Below, one piece after another: positions 20,955 through 28,327 of a stretch of 64,000 bases of DNA (position 1 is the first letter of the stretch; every line of letters begins with the position of its first letter). The notes below the pieces were generated by a model. The model was given only the letters and a program-made list of their open reading frames with translations. It was not told where the DNA came from and ran no database searches. The stretch is taken from NCBI GenBank assembly GCA_017520705.1, contig JAFXFF010000044.1, positions 60,108 through 124,107 of the forward strand. The letters are read 5' to 3'. The DNA comes from Clostridia bacterium (lineage in GTDB: Bacteria; Bacillota; Clostridia; Oscillospirales; Acutalibacteraceae). The translations under genes and the position numbers were made by a program.

Positions 20955-21501
20955 GTGGATACTGTGGGCGGGTGTAGCCCTCATTGCCGTCAGCCTGTGT
21001 GCGGCGGCGGTGTTCGGCCTGCTCCAGCGACGCGGCGAGCGACAGGCGGCGGACATCGCACGGCAAATCGAGGCGGCACTGCCGCCCCGCACCGTGGGCG
21101 CGGAAGAGGCCTACAGCGTGATGCAGATGCCTGCCCTGAGCATTGAGGGCGAGGACTTTGTGGGGCTGGTGGAGATCCCCGCCTACGGGGTCACGCTGCC
21201 CCTCTGTGACGAGTGGCAGCCTACCCAGCTGAACCGCTATCCCTGCCGCTTTTGGGGTACGGCGTATGACGGCAGTCTCATCATCGGCGGCGGTGCCAAA
21301 CAGTTTGCCTGCCTCGGGCAGATACAAAACGGCGACGAGGTGCGGGTGACGGATATGCAAGGGGCGGTGTTCACCTACACCGTGACCCGTATCCGCCGTA
21401 CCGACCACGCGGATGCAAAGACACTTAAAAATGAAGCGTCACTCACGCTGTTTGCGCGGGACGGAGCCAATATGGAGTATATTATAGTAGAATGTATGTA
21501 A
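20938..21501 (+). CDS. Sortase-fold protein lacking the His-Cys-Arg catalytic triad (degenerate sortase paralog)
   Basis: N-terminal TM. Aligns block-by-block with the srtC product (LVEIPAYGVTLPL ~ ITIPKISQELPVY; FTYTVTRIRR ~ FTYEVDQIRI), but HRG becomes GGGAKQ, TLLTC becomes TLFARD, and the protein ends before the Arg. Confidence 0.55.
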   Translation: MKRRNKWILWAGVALIAVSLCAAAVFGLLQRRGERQAADIARQIEAALPPRTVGAEEAYSVMQMPALSIEGEDFVGLVEIPAYGVTLPLCDEWQPTQLNRYPCRFWGTAYDGSLIIGGGAKQFACLGQIQNGDEVRVTDMQGAVFTYTVTRIRRTDHADAKTLKNEASLTLFARDGANMEYIIVECM

Positions 21502-21502
21502 A

Positions 21503-21542
21503 AAAATAACCGCAACCTCTGTGAGGTTGCGGTTATTTTTCG
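21503..21542 (+). terminator. Intrinsic terminator ending the pilus operon
   Basis: aaaaaaataaccgcaacctc-tgtg-aggttgcggttatttttcg. Confidence 0.75.
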
Positions 21543-21754
21543 TGTAGGAATCATCGCGCATCTTCCTCACGCCACGCAAAAAGGGTCGGCCGGGATAGAC
21601 GCCGAGAGATGCTGGACGGTCAAAACCCTTAGTTTGCGCTATGCGCAAACTAAGGGGGCAAGTCCATACCTCCCGAGCCAAGTAAAAAGACCCGCCATAA
21701 TGTGGCGGGTCTTTTTACTTGGGAATAACGAACAGGTTTAATAGAATGCCAAAA

Positions 21755-21892
21755 GACGGGGTGCATCTCACTTTTAGGTGGGGTGCCTTTTTGCTTTTCC
21801 CGGGGTGCAAATGAGGTGCAACCCGAAAACCGGGTGAGGTGCATCCTCCTCCGGGTGGGGTGCAAACCACACCCCGGGGTGCAACTTAGAAC
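21755..21892. repeat. Cluster of ~7 GGGGTGCA(A) heptamer/octamer repeats
   Basis: ggggtgcatc / ggggtgcc / ggggtgcaaatgaggtgcaa / gggtgaggtgcatc / ggggtgcaaac / ggggtgcaac within 140 bp. Confidence 0.6.
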
Positions 21893-22362
21893 GAAGCCTC
21901 ATAATAATAGAAATTTCCACAGATGTGCTCTGTATAATACCGATTATCCCCATTGGGTTCTTGACACTCAAATCCATTTCCGGAAGGAGTCAACGCACTG
22001 GCAGACGACGGTGCGCACCACACAGCAGCCATATCGTTTTCCGAGGTATAATAGAAACCTACATAAGAGGTACCCGAACCTACACCAGCACCACCACAGG
22101 AAAAGTCAACAACCGTTTCGTCTGCATCGATTTCTTTGATAAAGCCTTTATTCTCATATGCAGAAAAGTCTCCAGCTTCAATTGCCTTCAGCAGTTCTTC
22201 CTCATTCTCACTCACGAAATCAAAAACCTCGTCTTTATCGGCGCTATCATCCCCTGTTGCGACAAGGAAAAGGAAAAAAGCACCACCCAAGATATCCGAG
22301 CACCCAGACAGAGAAAACACCATAATTACAGCCAAAAGCAGGGCTAATCCTTTTTTTAGCAT
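21886..22362 (-). CDS. Lipoprotein of unknown function
   Basis: MLKKGLALLLAVIMVFSLSGCS lipobox; Cys/Tyr-rich C-terminus. Confidence 0.55.
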   Translation of the reverse strand: MLKKGLALLLAVIMVFSLSGCSDILGGAFFLFLVATGDDSADKDEVFDFVSENEEELLKAIEAGDFSAYENKGFIKEIDADETVVDFSCGGAGVGSGTSYVGFYYTSENDMAAVWCAPSSASALTPSGNGFECQEPNGDNRYYTEHICGNFYYYEASF

Positions 22363-22366
22363 ATTC

Positions 22367-22948
22367 TCACTCCCGTCCCAGCAGCAGCGCATATTGGTTA
22401 GACAAAACTTTTGACAAAACGCAGAACACCGCAGACATTACCACACCACACCACACCAGCGGTGATGACATCGCAATCCCACCTGCATAGTGGATCGTCG
22501 CCCAAACATATCCCAAAAGCGTGATTCCTAAGGTTGCAAGGCAGGAACAGACAGAAAAAATCTTTCGATTTTTATACACCCGGAGGAAAAACCAGTTTGC
22601 CAGAGACAAGAGGTATCCGGTTGCAGGAACAATCAGCGCCACTGCCCACAATCCGTTGGTATTTCCTGTAGGGGTACTACCTTCTAAAATTACACCCAGC
22701 GTAATAATGGCAAAGGAAACGAATAGCATTACCGATTGTAGGACAGACGCTTTCCAATCACTCACACGACGCAGCTTCACAGTATTCGGTTTTTCTTCAA
22801 AACTTTGGCATGTCTCACGCATCTGATCATATATTTTGCGGCAACTCTCACATGCGTCAAGATGCTCGGCTACAAGTCTTGCACTTTCTTCCGAACAACA
22901 TTCATCCACGTATAGGGGCAGCAGATCCATTATTACATTGCAGTCCAT
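22367..22948 (-). CDS. Anti-sigma factor, zf-HC2 type, with TM domain
   Basis: MDCNVIMDLLPLYVDECCSEESARLVAEHLDACESCRKIY (HxxxCxxC zinc motif) followed by 4 predicted TM helices. Confidence 0.75.
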   Translation of the reverse strand: MDCNVIMDLLPLYVDECCSEESARLVAEHLDACESCRKIYDQMRETCQSFEEKPNTVKLRRVSDWKASVLQSVMLFVSFAIITLGVILEGSTPTGNTNGLWAVALIVPATGYLLSLANWFFLRVYKNRKIFSVCSCLATLGITLLGYVWATIHYAGGIAMSSPLVWCGVVMSAVFCVLSKVLSNQYALLLGRE

Positions 22949-22949
22949 A

Positions 22950-23414
22950 TTATCGACCCAATCCTTCCATAATTTTTTGTTTGGCACGGTAGTAAGTAAC
23001 ACGAGCCCAGCTTTCACTTTTTCCAAACATCGCACTGATATCTTTCAACGATAGGCCGCCAAAAACAGAAAGCATAAAAACTTCTTTGTATGGCTCTTCC
23101 AAGGCGTGCAGGAGGGAAAAGGCTCTGCCGGCAAGTTCCTTTTCCTCGAAAAGCTCGGCAATGTCAGGTGTGCTATCCGCAGATATTGGCTGTGAAATTG
23201 GCTGATTTCTTTTCTGTTCGTTGAACCAAGCAAAGTATGTATTTTTTGCAATTTGGCACAGCCATAATGCTACTTTTTCTTCGTTTCTCAGAGCTGATAA
23301 GTTCATATACGCACGAAAAAAGGTTTCCTGCGTTAGTTCCTCTGCCAAAGATACATCACCGCATAGTTTCATCAAAAAACGAAAAACGAATTGATCGTTC
23401 TCTCGGAACACCAT
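22950..23414 (-). CDS. ECF (sigma-70 family) RNA polymerase sigma factor
   Basis: Region 2 (FRFLMKLCGDVSLAEELTQETFFRAY) and region 4 (GGLSLKDISAMFGKSESWARVTYYRAKQKI). Stop abuts the anti-sigma start. Confidence 0.8.
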   Translation of the reverse strand: MVFRENDQFVFRFLMKLCGDVSLAEELTQETFFRAYMNLSALRNEEKVALWLCQIAKNTYFAWFNEQKRNQPISQPISADSTPDIAELFEEKELAGRAFSLLHALEEPYKEVFMLSVFGGLSLKDISAMFGKSESWARVTYYRAKQKIMEGLGR

Positions 23415-23550
23415 TTCAAAGTCCAGCACACCCTCACCACCTTTCACTTATTAGATTGGGAAATAGTAAAAACGTTACAATTATTATACAGACACCAGCG
23501 TGATTTTTCAAATATGTTGCGAAATAAGTTCTATACTGTTGATCCGTCGA

Positions 23551-23690
23551 ACTAACCCATTAGCTACACACAAGTCTCTTTCGTTACACGCAGACCCTAT
23601 TCGCTACACGGAGAGCACTATTGGTTACACGGAGACCCCTATTAGTTACACGGCGACTTCAATTCGTTACACGGCTAAATAGGGGTAATT
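23551..23690. repeat. Six tandem ~21-bp iteron-like direct repeats (core GTTACACGGnGA…CTATT)
   Basis: tagcTACACacaagtctcttt / cgtTACACgcagaccctatt / cgcTACACggagagcactatt / ggtTACACggagacccctatt / agtTACACggcgacttcaatt / cgtTACACggctaaatagggg. Confidence 0.8.
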
Positions 23691-23821
23691 TCAAAGAAAT
23701 ACACATTCCAAAACAGCCGATTTCTATAAATGTTCTTTTTTATATAAAATATGTGTATTTTCGCTGTTGTTTTGAATATAAAAAGTTCCCGTCTAACTCT
23801 ATCAAAGTTAGACGGGAAATG

Positions 23822-23906
23822 TGGTGCGAGGGAGGGGACTTGAACCCCCACGCCATTTGACACACGCACCTCAAACGTGCCTGTCTGCCGATTCCAGCAC
23901 CCTCGC
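23822..23906 (-). tRNA. tRNA-Leu (anticodon GAG), type II with long variable arm, CCA encoded
   Basis: Reverse complement GCGAGGG-TG-CTGGAATCGGCAGA-…CACGT-TTGAGGT-GCGTG-…-GGGGGTTCAAGTCCCCT-CCCTCGC-A-CCA. 7-bp acceptor stem, T-loop TTCAAGT, anticodon loop TT-GAG-GT, discriminator A73 (Leu-type). Confidence 0.75.
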
Positions 23907-24057
23907 ATATAACAGCGCTTATTATACCACCTCCTTTTCCCCGTGTCAATGCTTTTCCAGCCTTTTCCGATTAAAAATCGAACGAAAGTCTTGACAATTT
24001 TTCGACAATCCAGCATAATAGTAATGATATTATTGAATGAATGCGAGGTGTTTCCTA

Positions 24058-24695
24058 TGGCAAAGGATTCTACCATCTCCCTGCAAGTGATTCGACGTCT
24101 GCCCCGCTACTACCGCTTCCTATACGATCTGAAGGAAAACGGCATCACCCGTATCTCCTCCCGCGAGTTGGCTCAGCGTATGCGGCTGACCGCCTCTCAG
24201 ATCCGTCAGGATCTCAACTGCTTCGGCGGATTCGGTCAGCAGGGCTACGGCTATTTGGTGGACCAGCTGTACGACGAGATCGGACACATCCTGGGTATGG
24301 ATCAGCTAACCAAAACCATCCTGCTGGGTGTGGGCAATTTAGGTACGGCTGTGGGCAACCACATTGACTTCAAATCCCGCGGATTTAATTTGATCGGTCT
24401 TTTTGACGACAACCCCGAGCTGGTGGGTGACACCCGTGCAGATATGGTCATCCGCTCCACCGACGAGATAGAGGAGTTTTGCCGCAGAGAGAAACCCGAG
24501 ATGGCGGTGCTGTGCATCCCAAAGGAGGCGGCTCCCCGTCTGGTGGAGGTGCTGGTGGGTTGTGGTGTCAAGGGTTTTTGGAATTTCTCCCACTACGACA
24601 TCCTACACGACTATCCCGACGTCATTGTGGAGAACGTACATATGGGTGACAGCCTGATGACCCTCTCCTATCATATGGTGCAAGAAGAAAATTAA
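24058..24695 (+). CDS. rex: Redox-sensing transcriptional repressor Rex
   Basis: VIRRLPRYYRFL…NGITRISSRELAQRM… winged helix + Rossmann GVGNLGTAV NADH-binding motif. Confidence 0.9.
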
Positions 24696-24765
24696 GCGAT
24701 ACGGCGTGTGCGATGCACACGCCGTATATTTTTGGCCCTCGTTCACAGACTATGGGCGAGGTGAT

Positions 24766-25000
24766 GAATATGAGCGAAGAAAAACGGCCTCTCCCCTATC
24801 CGGAGGATAGCGAGATACCCGTCCACCCCGTTCCCGGCGAGCCCATCGACGTATGGGATCAGATCAACAAATACGGCACCTACGAGGTGCAGGACACCAC
24901 CGACACCGACAACGTGTTCCCGTGCATTGGATATGAGGGTAGCTGGAAAGCCTGCTTAGACCTGCCGCAGACAAGCAAAAGGAAAGATCCCAAGCCGTGA
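24766..25000 (+). CDS. Small hypothetical protein (~77 aa)
   Basis: ORF with RBS GGCGAGGTG before ATGAATATG; hairpin terminator at ~24985-25015 follows. Confidence 0.3.
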
Positions 25001-25020
25001 GGCTTGGGATCTTTTGTGTG

Positions 25021-25809
25021 TTATTTCACTCGCTTCATGAAATCCAAGGAGAGGTTGCCCCACTGGCAGGCGCCGGGGAGCCAACCTGCCATAGCGTTGC
25101 CGTGTTCACCCTCGGGGAACAGGTGCAGCTCCGCATAGCGGCCGGCGGCGGCCATGGCCTTAGTCAGGCGAATGGAGTGCTCAAAGGGCACCAGCGTATC
25201 GGGGATGGTGTGCCACATAAAGATGGGGGCGGTTTTGTCGCTGACGTGCTTCTCCAAGGAGAGGGTGTCCAACACCTCTTGGGAGGCATCTTCGCCCAGA
25301 ATATGCCGAAACGAATCCTGGTGGCCGGCGTCGGGGTCGGCGCAGGTGACGGGATAGCCGAGAATGGCACCCGTCAGGCGGGAATCGGTGGTAGGGGCGG
25401 TGGGCAGATACTGATTCACGATATCGTCAAACACCGCCACACAGCCACACAGGTGGCCACCGGCGGAGAAGCCGACACCAAATACGCGGTTGGGGTCAAC
25501 GCCCCACTCGGCGGCGTGGGCACGGACGGATTTGACCGCCATCTGGGCGTCCAGCATGGGGGCGGGATGGGCATAGGGACGGACACGGTAGTAGACGATG
25601 AAGGCGTTGTAGCCGTTGTCGTAGTAGAACTGCGCCACGGGGTCGCACTCCCACTCGCCGTGGATGCAATAGCCGCCACCGGGGTAGACGATCATAGCGG
25701 GATGCACCTCGCCATCCTCGTGGAGGTAGGCGGTCATCTTATTCTCAAAGGGGATGTTTTCGTCATACAGAGGGATGTCGTTCTCCCAGATTTTCAACTC
25801 TTTGATCAT
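25021..25809 (-). CDS. Alpha/beta hydrolase (esterase/lipase fold-3)
   Basis: HGGG-like oxyanion region (VYPGGGY) and nucleophile elbow GFSAGG; later Asp/His. Confidence 0.75.
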   Translation of the reverse strand: MIKELKIWENDIPLYDENIPFENKMTAYLHEDGEVHPAMIVYPGGGYCIHGEWECDPVAQFYYDNGYNAFIVYYRVRPYAHPAPMLDAQMAVKSVRAHAAEWGVDPNRVFGVGFSAGGHLCGCVAVFDDIVNQYLPTAPTTDSRLTGAILGYPVTCADPDAGHQDSFRHILGEDASQEVLDTLSLEKHVSDKTAPIFMWHTIPDTLVPFEHSIRLTKAMAAAGRYAELHLFPEGEHGNAMAGWLPGACQWGNLSLDFMKRVK

Positions 25810-25821
25810 TGTCAGCACTCC

Positions 25822-27243
25822 TTATTCATCGTATCCGAAAAAGTCGTCCACCGACTTTCCGTAATGTTTGGCTAAATCCTCATCGGTGGGATAGGTGATA
25901 ATCTCGTTTATGTAAGGGTCGAGCAACGGCAACACGTGCTCTTCGGTCTCCTTGACCGAGATGGAAGCGTCCATATCAATGGCGGTGCCGTTCGCAAACA
26001 CCAACACGTAAGATCCGCGCTCCACCAATTCGTCGAAGTCATTTATGCGGCCTTCGATGTAATACACCTGCTCCACGTCCTCGTAGGCATAGGTGACGGG
26101 GTTGAGCAGCGGAAACTTGGCGGCGTCATCCCACACCATACGGTCGGCGTAAAAACGAGGAGCGGCGGCCACAAACACGAAACCGAAGAACAGCACCGCC
26201 ACCGTACACAACGTAGCCAACACAGTGGCGACACCATTGACCACTTTACCGGTGGCTAAGCGGTCGATGCGGGCGATACACTCAGCATCGCCGCGGAACA
26301 CCAACGGAATAAACCGCCGCCGCAAAGCCACCGAGCCAAAAACCGCAGAGAGCAGGGGCAGAATGAACAGAAACACCCAGTCCAAGGGGTAATAGGCGGC
26401 TCCCTGCCCCAAAATGAGATAGGTAACGCCGGCAATCAGCCATTCCGCCGCCAACACCGCCAAATAGCAGAACAGGGCGGTGACCAGAAGCAGCTTGCCC
26501 TCCTCCTTACCGTCGGTATAGGTCATAGCCCGTACGAAACCCATACACTCCGCCGGTGCGGGCCGATAGGTCACCGCGGCGGGGGTGTCGAGAAACGCCA
26601 GCAAGCGCTCCTCATAAGGAAGCAAATTACCCTTTAGCAGACGTTTGGTGTACAATTTCCTTGCCTTTTCCAAATTGCCCTGCAAAAAAGCGGTGTAACC
26701 ATTGTTGTTGGTGAAGCTGGCCAGCGAGACAAACTGCTCGTAATAGGCTTCCCATACCGCCCAAAAACCGTCCACCAGCTCAGGGTCGGTGGGCACGTCG
26801 CTCTCCTTGATGTTGGCGCAGCGTAAAATAACACGGCGTTTTTCCGCCAGCATCGCATCGTAGGCCGTCTCATCCAGCGCCAACGCCTCCACAGCGGGGA
26901 GATATTCCTCCACCATCCCCGCCAACACGGCAAAGCAGGCGTTCATCCGCTCGCCGCTCTCGATCATCGGAAAGTAGGTACAGCGGAAATCGTCGTGGCG
27001 CACGATCTCGTAGAGATGCAAGCACAGAGGGCGATTTTTCTGGGGGTATAAGCGGACAAACAAGGTGCTTTTGGGGCACAGACCGATCCCCTTGATGGTG
27101 TAGACAAATTCGATTTTAGACAGGCGGGTCTCGATGGTGAACAGCACCGCCTTTTTGGCTTCGGCAACGTAGGTATCCAGAGCGTCAAGGCGCTTGCCGA
27201 AATCCTCCGTTGCCTGAGCACAGGCTATCAGCATTTCTTTCAT
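25822..27243 (-). CDS. Hypothetical membrane protein (cytoplasmic N-domain + 4-6 TM + C-terminal domain)
   Basis: 473-aa ORF with hydrophobic segments at ~aa 240-330; no recognisable family motif. Confidence 0.45.
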   Translation of the reverse strand: MKEMLIACAQATEDFGKRLDALDTYVAEAKKAVLFTIETRLSKIEFVYTIKGIGLCPKSTLFVRLYPQKNRPLCLHLYEIVRHDDFRCTYFPMIESGERMNACFAVLAGMVEEYLPAVEALALDETAYDAMLAEKRRVILRCANIKESDVPTDPELVDGFWAVWEAYYEQFVSLASFTNNNGYTAFLQGNLEKARKLYTKRLLKGNLLPYEERLLAFLDTPAAVTYRPAPAECMGFVRAMTYTDGKEEGKLLLVTALFCYLAVLAAEWLIAGVTYLILGQGAAYYPLDWVFLFILPLLSAVFGSVALRRRFIPLVFRGDAECIARIDRLATGKVVNGVATVLATLCTVAVLFFGFVFVAAAPRFYADRMVWDDAAKFPLLNPVTYAYEDVEQVYYIEGRINDFDELVERGSYVLVFANGTAIDMDASISVKETEEHVLPLLDPYINEIITYPTDEDLAKHYGKSVDDFFGYDE

Positions 27244-27259
27244 AGAGGTGACACCGCCT

Positions 27260-27922
27260 TTACATTTTTCTCAGCAGATCGCTTAAATCGGTCAGGCGGG
27301 AAACGGTGACAAAATCGCCGTCGTGATAGTAGCCACGGGCACGGCGGAGGAGGTGCTCTGCCATCATTTGGCGATAGGGTCTCCCCTCCTCGGCGGTGAA
27401 AAAGCCGCCGTAGATAGCCACCTCGTCCTCGCAAGGCGGGGCGGCGGTGTACTCTGCCGCCATCACGGGATAGAGGTGACGGCCGTCGGTGATGAGGTGC
27501 TCCTCCAAAACGGAGAAACCGTGGGTAAGCAACCAGCGGCGCAGGTCTTCGGCACGGGTCATAGGCTGCAAAATCAGGCGGATGCCCTCATTCTGCACCC
27601 ACGGTGCGGCCTCCAAGATGGCGGCGATGGTCTCGCCGCCCATACCGGCGATGGCGATATCCTCTACCTCTTCGGCGGACACGGTGGAAAGGCCGTCGCC
27701 GAGGCGTAAAGCGATTTCACTTGTCAGGTCATTTTCCGTGACGGTACGGTGTGCGGCGTCCAAAGGCCCCTCCCCGATGTCCGAGGCGATGGCCGAGGGA
27801 CACACACCCGCCTGCACCAAGTAAACGGGCAGATAGGCGTGGTCGGTGCCGATGTCCGCCAGGCGGCTGCCCTGCCGCACCAAAGCGGCTACGGCGGACA
27901 GACGTTTATCTAACGTAATCAT
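27260..27922 (-). CDS. trmK: tRNA (adenine22-N1)-methyltransferase TrmK
   Basis: MITLDKRLSAVAALV…LADIGTDHAYLP…ASDIGEGPL… matches YqfN/TrmK. RBS GGAGG. Confidence 0.8.
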   Translation of the reverse strand: MITLDKRLSAVAALVRQGSRLADIGTDHAYLPVYLVQAGVCPSAIASDIGEGPLDAAHRTVTENDLTSEIALRLGDGLSTVSAEEVEDIAIAGMGGETIAAILEAAPWVQNEGIRLILQPMTRAEDLRRWLLTHGFSVLEEHLITDGRHLYPVMAAEYTAAPPCEDEVAIYGGFFTAEEGRPYRQMMAEHLLRRARGYYHDGDFVTVSRLTDLSDLLRKM

Positions 27923-27944
27923 AGTTTCCTCCAAGCCGACTGCG

Positions 27945-28025
27945 TCGGCTAAACTCCCTCCGTCACGCCTACGGCGTGCCACCTCCCTCAAGAGGGAGGC
28001 TGACGAGGGTCATGCGTAATGATAA
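27945..28025. repeat. Palindromic intergenic repeat element (copy B)
   Basis: aaactccctccgtcacgcctacggcgtgccacctccctcaagagggagg: nested hairpins (gtcacgcc…ggcgtg-c; cctccctc-aag-agggagg). Confidence 0.6.
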
Positions 28026-28062
28026 ACCCGGTGGAGGACATACCTCCACCGGGTTTTTAGCA

Positions 28063-28260
28063 TCAATTGCCGAAGTGCTTGTTCAGCTTAGCCACCAGAT
28101 CGTCCACAGACACGCCGTGCACGGCGCAGGCCTGCTCCAGATTCTCGCTACGGGCGCCGGGGCAACCCAGACAGTGCATACCCATCTCCAGGAAGTAAGG
28201 AGCGGTGGTGGGATCGGCATCCAAAATGTTGCCGATGATGCTGGTCTTAGTGATAATCAT
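28063..28260 (-). CDS. DUF1858 domain protein
   Basis: MIITKTSIIGNILDADPTTAPYFLEMGMHCLGCPGARSENLEQA… (CLGC motif, DUF1858/hybrid-cluster-protein-associated). Confidence 0.55.
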   Translation of the reverse strand: MIITKTSIIGNILDADPTTAPYFLEMGMHCLGCPGARSENLEQACAVHGVSVDDLVAKLNKHFGN

Positions 28261-28327
28261 AGTAAAAACTCCTTTCATTTGGTTACAAGGTTATTATATC
28301 GCAGTGCATACGAAATTGCAATTGGAA

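Noticed and set aside
23551-23690. CRISPR array
   Set aside because: Repeat unit is only ~21 bp with no unique spacers of 26-40 bp. Units are directly abutting, and there are no cas genes nearby.
23822-23906. Initial reading of the tRNA as tRNA-Ser(TGA), and the idea it might be an amber suppressor (CUA)
   Set aside because: Re-folding gives a 5-bp anticodon stem CACGT/GCGTG with loop TTGAGGT, so the anticodon is GAG (Leu). Discriminator A73 is also Leu-type. It cannot decode UAG.
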